In this document: piece by piece, positions 51,700 to 64,000 of the stretch | How the letters are laid out: every line of letters starts with the position of its first letter | How positions within the stretch are numbered: the stretch's first letter is position 1 | DNA from: Sphyrna mokarran | Lineage: Eukaryota | NCBI GenBank assembly: GCA_024679065.1 | Contig: JAGIQG010000003.1 | Coordinates: forward strand, 84,630,001-84,694,000 | Direction of reading: 5' to 3' | DNA length: 64,000 nt | The notes under the pieces: model-generated | What the model saw: only the letters and a program-made list of their open reading frames with translations | Databases searched by the model: none | Told to the model about the DNA's origin: nothing | Made by a program: the position numbers and the translations under genes

Positions 51700-52810
51700 A
51701 GTCATAGAGGTTTACAGCATGGAAATAGACCTTTTAGTCCAACTTATCCATGCGGCCCTTTTTTTTAAAACCTCTAAGCTAATCCCAATTGTCTGCATTT
51801 GGCCCATATCCCTCAATACCCATCATACCCATGTAACTATCTAAATGTTTTTTAAAAGATAAAATCGTACCCACTTCTACTACTATCTCTGGCAGCTTCT
51901 TCCAGACATTCATCTCCCTCTGTGTGAAAAAACTGCCCCTCTGGACATTTTTGTATCTCTCCCCTCTCACCTTAAACCTATGCCCTCTAGTTTTAGTCTC
52001 CCCTACCTTTGGGAAAAGATATTGACTACCTTATCTACGCCCCTCATTATTTTATATAGACCTCTATAAAGTCAGCCCTCAGACTCCTACGCTCCAGAGA
52101 AAAAAGTCCCAGTCTATTCAGCCCCTCATTATAACTCAATCCATCAAGTCCCAATAGCAACTTTTCTGTACTCTTTCTAATTTTAATAATATCCTTTCTA
52201 TAATAGGGTGACCGGAATTGCACACAATATTCCAAGTGTGGCCTTACCAATGTCTTGTACAACTTTAACAAGACATCCCAACTTCTATATTCAATGTTCT
52301 GACCAACGAGACCAAGTATGCTGAATGCCTTCTCCACCACTCTGTCCATCTGTGACTCCACTTTCAAGGAACTATGAACATGTACCCTTAGATCTCTTTG
52401 TGCTGTAACTCTCCGCAATGCCCTACCCTTAATTGAGTAAGTCTTGCCCTCGTTCAATCTACCAAAATGCATCATCTTGCATTTGTCTAAATTAAACTCC
52501 ATCTGCCATTTGTCAGCCCACTGGCCCAATTGATCAAGATCCCATTCTTCATTGTCCACTATGCTACTAATCTTGATGTCATCTGCAAACTTACTAACCA
52601 TGCCCCCTATATTCTCATCCAAATCATTAATATAAATGACAAATAATATGGGCCCAGCATTGATCCTTGGGGCACACCGCTTGTCACAGGCCTCCAGTTT
52701 GAAAAACAGTTCTCTACAATCACCCTCTCTATTTAGATACCTCATCCAGGATCACGTGAGATTTAACTTTATGCAATAATTAACCATGCGGTACTTTGTC
52801 AAAGTGTCTA
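51700..52810 (-). mobile_element. CR1 3' fragment
   Basis: [41 protein letters not shown]. Confidence 0.9.
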
Positions 52811-53129
52811 TCACATGTCTGGTATCTTATAAAGACTTTGTATCATTAAATAAATGTAGTCAAGTTTCAAAACACATTTTTCAGTTTTTAAACTACGTAG
52901 TTGTTAAATTTAAATAAAAATATATATATTTTCCCAGTCAAAGTACCATGCGTTAGCTGATTGGTCATATACTTAACTGATAAAGCAACCCTCCTATTCC
53001 CAGAAAAGAACATAAAACATCCACACCCATGTAGATGCTCTTAGGTGAAGCAATGAAAAGGAATATGCATTCTCTTATTCTTTCGGGGATTATTATTGCA
53101 AACCTTGTGTAGTACTTTTTTATTTGCAG

Positions 53130-53853
<724 letters not shown>

Positions 53854-54164
53854 TCAGGAAAGGCAGTGAAAAACCAAATCGTAACTCCTACGCACTCAGA
53901 TAAAACTGGCAGTTCCCAGTTCAGGGATCTGCTCCTTCACACTGCTATGAAAGCTGCTGTCAAGCACCATCACAAGGATCCTCTATAAGGCAGCAGCTGC
54001 TAATCTTGACACAATACAGTTGTTCACAGGGATGGAAAAGGTCAAAGCAAGGTCAAAAGGTTACTCTCAAAGCCTTCATTTGAAGTAACAGCAGCGTCTG
54101 ACTATGCCACACAGGAGGACAAGTATAGTAACTGCAGCATAAATTCTTCAGCTATTACGCTGGT

Positions 54165-54460
54165 CATAGAATCCCTACAATGAAGAAATGTATTAAGTCT
54201 GCACCAATCCTCCGGCACAGGATTTATTCAGATTCTATCCCCATAACCCAACGTATTTAATCTCCCTAATTTACACATCTTGGGATACTAAGGGACAATT
54301 TAGCACGGTCAATCCACTAATCTGCACATCTCAATTGTGGGAGGAAACCCAAAGAGAATGCGCACACTCCACACAATCACCCATGGCTGGAATTGAACCC
54401 AGGTCCTTGGCAGAAACACTGATCCTGTGATGCAGCACTGCTAATCACTGTGCCACTGCC
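54165..54460 (-). mobile_element. HE1/V-SINE
   Basis: catagaatccctaca tail; tgtgggaggaaaccc; gaattgaacccaggtcc; cactgtgccac head. Confidence 0.75.
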
Positions 54461-55969
54461 CCAATTCTTTTATATGGCCAAACTCCATCATCACTGAATT
54501 GTTTGATTTGCTTTCCAAAAAGTCATGGTTGCATTCCAACTGTAGCATGGAAACACTATTTCTGGTACAACATAGTGCCCCGTTGAGGCAGTCTTAAGTG
54601 TGAGCATTTGAAGAGGGTTAGGTCAGAATCTCTCGTCTTTAAAAAAAATGCATTTCTTTCTCACAAATGCTCCTCTCAGACAGCAATCAGCATTTAAAAA
54701 ATTATTTTCATTGTGACACTGCTGGTATTTATTGACTGTTTCTTGTCGATGAATTAACCAGACTTCAAGAAATCTCCTTCCAATTTAAATTATTATTTAT
54801 GGGATAATTAATTTTTAAATTAAAACTAAATGCAATTATACTTTTCTATAGCCAAACACTATCCAGGAGTTAAAAATCAACCATGTTGATGTGAGACTTG
54901 AGTCATTTATAAACCAGACCAGGTAAGGATGTCAAGACTTCCTAACATAGAGACATCAGTAAAGCCAATCTGACTGCTTCATGGTCATGTTTACTGGTGG
55001 CCACATCCAGATTTAAAGAATATGGAATTCAAACTCTTCAAACTCCCATGGTGAAATTTGAACTCACTTGAATTTTCTTTAGATCAGGCCTTGGAGTACC
55101 AGTAGTGAGCTCTTAATACAATACATTTATCAAGTCAGATGTTTATATACACAGATTCTCGCCCGTGGGCTGCTGAGTTTGGTTCCACCCTCACGTGACA
55201 TTCAGAAACACACTTTCCACTGCTTGTCACTTAATAAAAATCATGATTGGCAACCTAGACTAGCTTGCCCCCTCCTTGACTCATGGTCATAAAATCTAGT
55301 AGTAACAATTGGAATACTACACCACACAGTATGTTAACTAAGTGTAGACTGGCAATTGAATCTGGGACCATCATTCCTAATATACCGCCCTTTCCATGGT
55401 TATAACTTTTTCCATATAATAGTGCTCCAACTTCAACTTCACTAAAGCCTTGACTAAATGTGTCACCTCTTTGTCTGTATTCAGTGAAATTATATAAAAA
55501 TACTAATAAACAGATACCTATTTTTGCCTAATTTTGGCCATTTCACAGAATATCTACCCATATTTCTATCATTTAAGATTAAGGTATTTGCACACCTCTC
55601 TTCCATTCATTTAGAATTGATTTTCTTTCAGTACTATAGTTCACATTCTACTGCACAGAATTACTCACTTGTCTAATCAGTCAACGTCTTTTCTCAATAA
55701 TCCTCAGTACTGTCTGTCCAAATTGATATTACTCCAAATTTCAATATCTCCCCCCTCATGTCTATTTACAGCAGATGATTTACCTAAAAGAAAAACAAGG
55801 ATCCATAGAGTATAAACTGTCCACATCCTGCTTACTTCCCATATTCTATGCTTCCTTCTTCCCCCACCCAAAACTATTCCTTCCTCCATGTGGTGAAACA
55901 CTCATTCACATGGTATGCTTTATATTTTGCAAAACCCTCTTTGTACAGTCTGTCACTTTACAAAATCAC

Positions 55970-57642
55970 GATGTGGAGATGCCCGCGTTTGGGGTAAACA
56001 GAGTAAGAAGTCTCACAACACCAGGTTAAAGTTGAACAGGTTTATTTGATAGTAAACACGACAAACTTCCAGAACACACTGTTCCTTCGTCAGGTGAGTG
56101 GAGAGTTCTGTTTAGAGACAGGGCATATAAAGGCCCATATAGTTTAAAGAATACTGATTAGGATGTGAGTCTTTACAGCTAATCTGCTATTCAAGTCTTA
56201 AAATTGCAGACAATGCGAGTGGAGATAGCATTAAGCATTGGTTAGAGAGATGTGTATTGTCTCCAGAGAAGATGTCGTAGCTTCTCCGCTCCGGGGAAGT
56301 ACTGGACGACGAAAACTACTCTGTCCACATGTCCGTGTTTGTCTTCTAAGGAGGTCGATGCAGTTTTTTCACTGTGGCACGTCGGAACTGTCGATCGATG
56401 AGTCGAGCGCTATATCCTGTTCTTCTGAGAGCATCTTTCAGTGTCTGGAGGTGTCTATTGCAATCCTCCTCATCTGAGCAGATCCTGTGTATGCGGAGGG
56501 CTTGTCCATAGGGGATGGCTTATTTAAATGTGTTTAGGGTGGAAGCTGGAGAAGTGAAGCATTGTGAGGTTAACAGTGGGCTTGCAGTGCACTGAGGTGA
56601 CCGTCTTTAATGGAGGTACGTGTTACGCATCTTGTCTGGAGTCTTTAACATGTCATTGATGAAGACGAACATTTTGCCAGGGCCATCCCTACACCCCCTC
56701 TTGCCTTCAAACAACCTCAAACCATTATCCGCAGCAAACTACCCAGCCTTCAGGAGAACATGAGCACAATACCACACAATCCTGCCACGGCAACCTCTGC
56801 AAGATCACTGATATAGATACCATCATCTCACGTGAGAACACCATCCACCAGGTACATGGTGCATACTCTTGAAATTCATCCAACATTGTCTACCTAATAC
56901 GCTGCAGGAAAGGATGTCCCAAAGCAAGGTACATTGGGGAGACCATAAGAACATAAGAAATAGGAGCAGGAGTAGGCCATCCAGCCCCTCGAGCCTACCC
57001 AGGCATTCAACAAGATCATGGCTGATCTGCAGTGGTTCAGTACCACTTTCCACTTTCTCCCTGTAACCCTTAATTCCCTTGTCAATCAAAAACCTATCCA
57101 CTCTTGATTTAAATATATTCAGTGAGGAAGCCTCCACCACTTCAACAGGCAGAGAATTCCAAAGATTCACATCCTTTGCGTGAAGAAATTCCTCCTCATG
57201 TCTGATCACGGGCATCCAGTCTCTGATCTTAGGGTAAACATTCTCCAAGGCGGCCCTCAAGACACACGACAGCACTGAGCAGAAATTGATAGCTAAGTTC
57301 CACACACACGAGGACGGCCTCAACTGGGATCTTGAGTCCACATCACATTATCTGTAACCCGCATGACTTGCAACATCTCATTTACTGTCCTGTCTGGAGA
57401 CAATGCACATCTCTTTAACGTATGCTTAATGCTATCTCCACTCACATTGTCTGCAACTTTAAGATTTGAAGAGATCAGCTGTAAAGACTCTCATTCTAAT
57501 CAGTATTCTGTAAACTGTGTGCCTTTATATGCCCTCTGAACAGAACTCTCTACTCACCTGACAAAGGAACAGCGTTCCGAAAGCTTGTGGCATTTACTAA
57601 AAACCTGTTGGATTTTAACTTGGTGTTGTGAGACTTCTTACT
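55970..57642. mobile_element. Penelope-like element with ~260-nt terminal inverted repeats
   Basis: 56002-56267 is the reverse complement of 57393-57642; minus-strand RT-thumb remnant (PYGQALRIHRICSDEED) at ~56280-56600; plus-strand GIY-YIG remnant (NIVYLIRCRKGCPKARYIGET) at ~56882-56944. Confidence 0.88.
56945..57203 (-). mobile_element. CR1 3' end inserted into the Penelope GIY-YIG region
   Basis: ataagaacataagaaataggagcaggagtaggcca tail; VNLWNSLPVEVVEASSLNIFK. Confidence 0.88.
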
Positions 57643-57690
57643 GACTTTACAAAGTCACACAGACAGTTCCTGACAAGCCCAATGCTCCTA

Positions 57691-57921
<231 letters not shown>

Positions 57922-58894
57922 TCAGCTTTCAGTTATCTGTTTTCAAGATTATTTTCCCCATACACTTTGGGTTCTGGCAACTCACTTTGCAGCTAACAGA
58001 TTGGGCCAGCAACTCTCTGCCAAGTTTCTGAAGACTTGCTTTGTTAGCCAGCAGCCAAGAAGGTGGTAAATGCAGCCTAGATACAAACTCTAGCTACAAA
58101 CAATACATTACTTAATTCTGAACCATGTTCTATTTTAACCATGAGAAGTTTCCATATATCATTTAAAATGGAGGTTCCTCCAGTGGATCAAATGAAGGAG
58201 CCATGGGTCAACCTATTTGGCATTACACCCCAATAATCTTCAGAGCAGGTTAAAGCCCTGCACCTCACCTCCCTTCCATATAGATTCTGCTAACTGTCTT
58301 TTGAGCAGCTCCAGCTTGCTTAAAGTCAAGGGCAGGGCTTGATAGTTGTTTTGGCCAAGAACAGCTTCTAAACAGCTTAGAAAAAGAATGAAGCAAAACA
58401 GTCAAACAAGCTTGGAATTTAGTTTCTGGCTCAATGGTAGAAAATAATCATCATTTGGGAAGATCAAAGTCATGCGCAATTCCAGGAGCTAGGATATCTG
58501 ACAGACTAAATAGCTCCTTTCACTTCACCTCTCCACCACTGCCATAAGCATGAACATTGGAACAAGCTAAAATAAGACGGTTCTAACTTTGCAGGTGTTG
58601 CTAATAGAGTTGGACTAAAAACAAAGAGGAGCTGAAGATTGCTGTTTCAACCAGGGTACATTAGGAGCTTTGCTAATATAGCGTGTCAATTTCATTGCGC
58701 AGATACACATACAAAGAGCAGTCATTTTGGATTAGATACAGGAGGCAATTGGTGCACTTGGAATCACAAGTAAGTTCAAAAACAGAAAAAAGGAAAATAT
58801 AGAAGAAAATTAAGACAAAAAGAGTGTAATGTCTAATAGTATCAACTGCAAGTGACGAACTGAATAAGCAAGTTTTTTTTTTACACGTAGGATT

Positions 58895-59080
58895 ATGTCT
58901 GGAACTTGCTCCTGGGCGAGGTAGTGGAAGCAGATATAATAGTGACTTTTAAGGGGCATCTTGACAAATACATGAATAGGATGCGATATGATCCCGGGAA
59001 GAGTAAGGGCTTTGGTTCAGTCGGGCAGCATGGTTGGTACAGGCTTGGTGGGTGAAGGACTTGTTCCTGTGCTGTAATTT
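58895..59080 (+). mobile_element. CR1 3' end remnant
   Basis: tggaacttgctcctgggcgaggtagtggaagcag..ttgttcctgtgctgtaa. Confidence 0.75.
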
Positions 59081-59106
59081 TTTTTCTTCTTTGTGAATGC
59101 TGATTA

Positions 59107-59370
<264 letters not shown>

Positions 59371-59811
59371 TCACAGAACAGTACTGTCCACCACTCACTT
59401 CCCAACAAGTGGCAGCACAGCTTCATTTTTGTTCCATTATTAATTACCAAGTTAAAAACAATGGTGAGGCAAATCCAGACATGATGATACTAAACTTGGA
59501 TTTGAAGATTACCAGTCAGGATGAAGAGAGGCAAGGAGCATGATAGATTGCGATTGCTTCATGTTTTAAGATTTACTTTACCTTGCATTTTTGCACAAGA
59601 CTAAGGCTGTACTTTGCAATTTACTTTGTTTTACTGACTGAGTGCATGTATTGTTTGGTAACTTCACACACCAAAGTGAAAATTATATTTTGTGCAGTCT
59701 GGGCATCAGTGTGATAAAATTCCATTAGGCTAGTTCTAAACTGAGCCAGATAATCAAAAAACCAATTCAGCTCTCTGTTCCTCACTCAATTAAAATGAAT
59801 GTGAAAGAGAA

Positions 59812-60085
59812 TGGTGGCATGGTGATAATATTGACTGGGTAGTAATCCAATTACCCAGCTAAACATCATTCAAATGTAGGATTCAAATCCTACCATGGCA
59901 GCTGGTGGAATTTAATTTCAATTAATAAATCTAGTCTGGCCAACATGTGATTCAGATCTGCAGCAATATGGTTGACTTTCAACTGCCCTCTGAAATAACC
60001 CATGAAGCCACGCACTTCAAGGGCAAGTATGGATGGGCAATAAATGCAAACACTCTCACATCCTGTGGAAGAATAAAGAAAGAAA
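59812..60085 (+). mobile_element. tRNA-derived SINE (family of 14395-14728)
   Basis: tggtggcatggtgataat..gattcaaatcctaccatggcagctggtggaattt..ggatgggcaataaatgc..cacatcc. Confidence 0.65.
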
Positions 60086-61371
60086 TGCAAAGCAGCTCAC
60101 AAACAAACCATAACAAAAAGTTTGCACAATTCCTTAAACTGATTCTGTGCAGCAGAAAGGATCATATCGGCAGCAGACTGATTTTCTCCAAGATTTTTTT
60201 TAGTTAGGTGTTAAACAGAAATAGTGTGAAAGACAAGTTTACTTCAAGGCAGCAATTCATTTAGGATATTAAAGAGCTCATGTAGTTTACATATTCAAGT
60301 GGTGCAAGTCTAAACAAGAATGCACAAAAGGCTGGATTATGGTGGAGTGTACCTTACAGGTAAAGGATTTAAGTTCCAGTTCACTCTGATGAGCTAACAA
60401 TCTTCCATTTTCATCAGCCAAAAGGGTCCCAATGAAATGATTCTGCAGCAATTTCAACCCAGTAGTTTTTGAACAAAAATCCACAAACAAAACTTCCCAA
60501 AGCTAGCAATAAATTAACAGTCTTATCCAAAGAGGCCATTGAATGACTGAAATTTTAACATCACCGTGAGTACAAATAAACAGTGCACTTCGGGCGAAAG
60601 GTAACAAATAAAAACAAATCTATTACGCACCCTTTTTGAGATGAGTCTCATCAAAGCCATCCATAATGCTTACACAATGCATAATTCACAGGCAAACATG
60701 CCAGCTATCCCGTATCCTACAAACGGGCACGATCAGAATGATTAGTTAATCTGTTTTTGATGATGTGATTCAGGAAGAATGTTAGACCAGGATACTAGAA
60801 GAACTCCATGCTCCTGATATAACAACACTGAATCTTACAGCCCACACAGGAAACAGATGAGATTGCTGGTTTAACATTTTATTCAAAAGACCAAGCTTTC
60901 AATAATGGATTTCTCCATTAATACTGCTACAAATGGGATACTGTCTGAACTACTGTAGAGAAAGCTTGTTGTCCAACTAGGAACACAATACATGCAATAA
61001 TAGGTACTAAAAGTAGGGAAATTGGAATATTTCTGATACCAATATTGATCATTGAGGCACAAACATTTTGCTTAGAATACAGACATAGTTTTGGACAATC
61101 AAGCTAAACTTGTGGATATTCCTATGAGGTGTAGACCCCTTACTTTATTCTCAGGGAAATTAGGGACAAATATTGGCTTACTGGGCAGCAACCACAGCCT
61201 ATGATAAGATTGAAAGAAAAAAGATCTCACAAAATGCCTACACTGCCTCCATTCTTGTAGCTCATTCCTCCAACAGACAATTACTCATAGCTACAAAAGC
61301 AAAACATTGTGAAGTCTGAACAAAAAAAAAGCAATACCAAAACATTTTTGGATTTTATTTACTCATAGTTA

Positions 61372-61512
<141 letters not shown>

Positions 61513-62069
61513 TTAGTTCAAACTGCTATTTAATCATCTCCTAACCAAATATAAGTCATTTCATGTACACTTTTAAGTTAAATACTAAGTTGTAAAATAT
61601 ATAATAATAACAATAATAATATAGAACTCCTGGTCAGGCAGGGAAAATGAAGAATGTAATTTAATCAAGTCCTTTTATATCAAAATGCAAAAGCAACGTT
61701 TTAAATGGGTAAAATTTGAACACCAAGAAATAAATAAAGAGCATCTCCTAAAAGTGGCTATAACAGGTATTGTTAGCATTTCAATACCTTGCCAGAGGAT
61801 TTAATCCTAAACCACATGTCAGGCCAGTGGGGGATTTTCCAGCCAGGCTTATCATATCCCTGTGAGTTCTCTACACATACACATGATGCATTACTACCTT
61901 GGAGCATCACAAACACAACAAAATGAGAACTATACAAATGGCCATGAAATGTAGCATTCCTACAAAATTAACAGTGTCAGTGATTCAGAATGTTTCTTGC
62001 AGCTTCAAGTACAAACATTTGCCAAGTGAAACTCTAGGATACTACAACTCCCTTGTTCTAGATTCTCAC

Positions 62070-62247
62070 CATTCCTCATCTGGGTTCTGTGGTGGTGGAA
62101 TTTCAGATTCGGGCACTGCATCGTTATCTTTTGAATTCTCCGCTTGCTTCTTTACTGCCTCACTCTCATGTAAAGTTTGTAATTGTTTCTGTTTGTCAAA
62201 AATCTTCTGCGTGAAATCTACCAAATACATGTTTTCCGTTTCTTCAT
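62070..62247 (-). CDS. CCDC174: CCDC174 exon, 178 nt
   Basis: tgccag|AT GAA ... GAA TG|gtgaga; EETENMYLVDFTQKIFDK...EIPPPQNPDEE. Confidence 0.93.
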
Positions 62248-62607
62248 CTGGCACAGGATAGGGGAGTGTCCATTTTGTATCGAGAAGTAGAACAGAAATG
62301 AGTGAAACATTTATTAGTATTTTGAGATGTTAAGACATTCATATATAACTATATATAGAAGCAATTGGCTTTGGTCAAAATAAAGCTGTTTGATTTTTTA
62401 CTTTTTTAAACAGCAGTTTATTAAAAATAATTCAGACTGGGTTCCATCCTTCTCTAATTCCGTCCAGAATGGCAGCTCCAGACACAGAATACATAGGTCA
62501 TTCAATCCCTTGAGTTTATTCTGTCAATCAGATTATCACTGATCTGTATTCATTTACCTGTCTTGGTTTCCTAACCCGAAATACCCTTGCCAAAAATGAA
62601 ACAAATC

Positions 62608-62860
62608 AAAAGCAAACTGCTGCTGATGTTAGAAACCTGAAATAAAAGCAGAAAATGCTGGAAATACTTAACAGATCAGACGAAATCTGTGGAAAGAGAA
62701 ACAAAGTTAATATTGCCAAGTGAATTATCTATTGTCAAAAATTAATTTCAATTTGGAACTCAGATGAAGAATTATCCTGACTCGAAATGTTGGCTCTATT
62801 CTCATTTCACAGATGCTGTCAGACCTGCTGAGATTTTTCAGCATTTTCTCTTTTGGTTAC
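62608..62860. repeat. fold-back repeat (second Penelope-terminus family)
   Basis: agaaaatgctggaaatacttaacagatcagacgaaatctgtggaaagagaa versus ttctcatttcacagatgctgtcagacctgctgagatttttcagcattttct. Confidence 0.7.
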
Positions 62861-63199
62861 AATTTGGAAAATGTTTAATTGAACTAGCCTCAACATCTTT
62901 TCAGAGAGGGGGGGTTTAATTGTATATTAATTACATGCAGGCAGTGGATATTAACTAGGAATTCAATTGTGCCCCTATAAATAGACAAACTGTGATTGTT
63001 GGATCAGGAGATGCACCCTTACAAGTGTAATTCTGGAAATAAAAATTATGTAAAGACTGGCTCTGGCTCTATCTATCACCAACTGCTATCTGGACTCTTC
63101 AAAAAGTTTCAGATTTCTTTTAGCTTTTACTCCTAAATGTCCCCCTTTACCAGAGGAATTGGTTTCTCACCATTTAACCAATCAATTCCCTAAAGAATG

Positions 63200-63430
63200 C
63201 ATTCATTGCTACTGACCTCCATGCCATGCAAATTCTGGTCCCTTGAAAATCTCAGATTTTCATTGCTCCACCATTTATTTTTAGACCCCAAGATCTGAAT
63301 TTCTCAAACCTCTCCACCTTCCCTATTACTTCCTTATAGGGGTCAGTGTCAAACTTTGCTGAATACCTCTCCTATGAAGTGCCTGGCAAAGGACCATTTA
63401 ATATGTTAAATGCACGTTGTTGTTGTTGTA
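63200..63430 (+). mobile_element. L2-type 3' end remnant
   Basis: ctgaatttctcaaacctctccacct..tgttaaatgcacgttgttgttgttg, L2-like (TTG)n tail. Confidence 0.5.
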
Positions 63431-64000
63431 ATTCATTGTTGCACACATTATGCTTTATGGAAACAAGGTTCTCCTCAGGGAGGCAGGATGAGACAGCCTT
63501 CTTCACTTCTGCTAGTGGACAGAATGGAACACAACTCAGAGACAGCAGAAACAAGTCAACAAACTGTAGTGCATGGAGCTAGCACAGGAATAACTGCAGA
63601 ACACAGAAGTAAGGGAATTGGGAGAGGAAAAAAGTACATGCCCAGCGCAGATTCACAACTCAGGCATGCACTATTGCAGACGGCTAACCCATTGAGCATC
63701 AATTAATAGGAGCAGACAACCAGAACTCATTGTTTAACTGACATCAAAGGCCATTCTGTCACATATTACAAGAGACTAAGCAATGAAAGTTCTTGGTTTT
63801 TTAGTCTTTAAATGACATTTCATTTATCGAAATGAGAGGCATCTCTGGGAAGTGGATCACTTTCAATTTCAGGCTTCTACATCAGTCCCAGGTGAAATTC
63901 AAACCTTATACTGAGACATCTCAAAATCATGTCACATAAATCCTTCAACTAAAGTAATGCTTGCTATTTTTAAAATCCAGAATTAAATGAAAATATTTGA

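Overview
This is eukaryotic (vertebrate) genomic DNA, most likely from a cartilaginous fish. That inference rests on HE1/V-SINE-like SINEs, Deu-domain SINEs, HER1/CR1-type LINEs and shark-type Penelope termini. Two convergent multi-exon genes run off the window edges. On +, 12 coding exons (4592-45647; exons 4-15 by homology) encode a cullin-associated NEDD8-dissociated protein, probably CAND2. On -, the last 7 coding exons of CCDC174 lie at 62247-50420. All listed exons have GT-AG borders and splice in frame. The introns are crowded with decayed, often nested retroelements (CR1, L2, RTE, Penelope-like, several SINEs), which explain most of the ORF track. Three things stand out. (1) Penelope-derived termini carry minimal hammerhead-ribozyme cores (CUGANGA..GAAA), including a ~165-nt fold-back mini-element with two opposed cores and a 1.6-kb inverted-repeat element. 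(2) A CR1 family, present in three copies, has a 3'UTR that stably captured a B-box-less V-SINE. (3) Those copies sit as inverted pairs around an in-frame exon 5-6 module, a circRNA/skipping candidate. Repeat boundaries were read by eye and are approximate; repeat family names come from recalled consensus features, not a database search.
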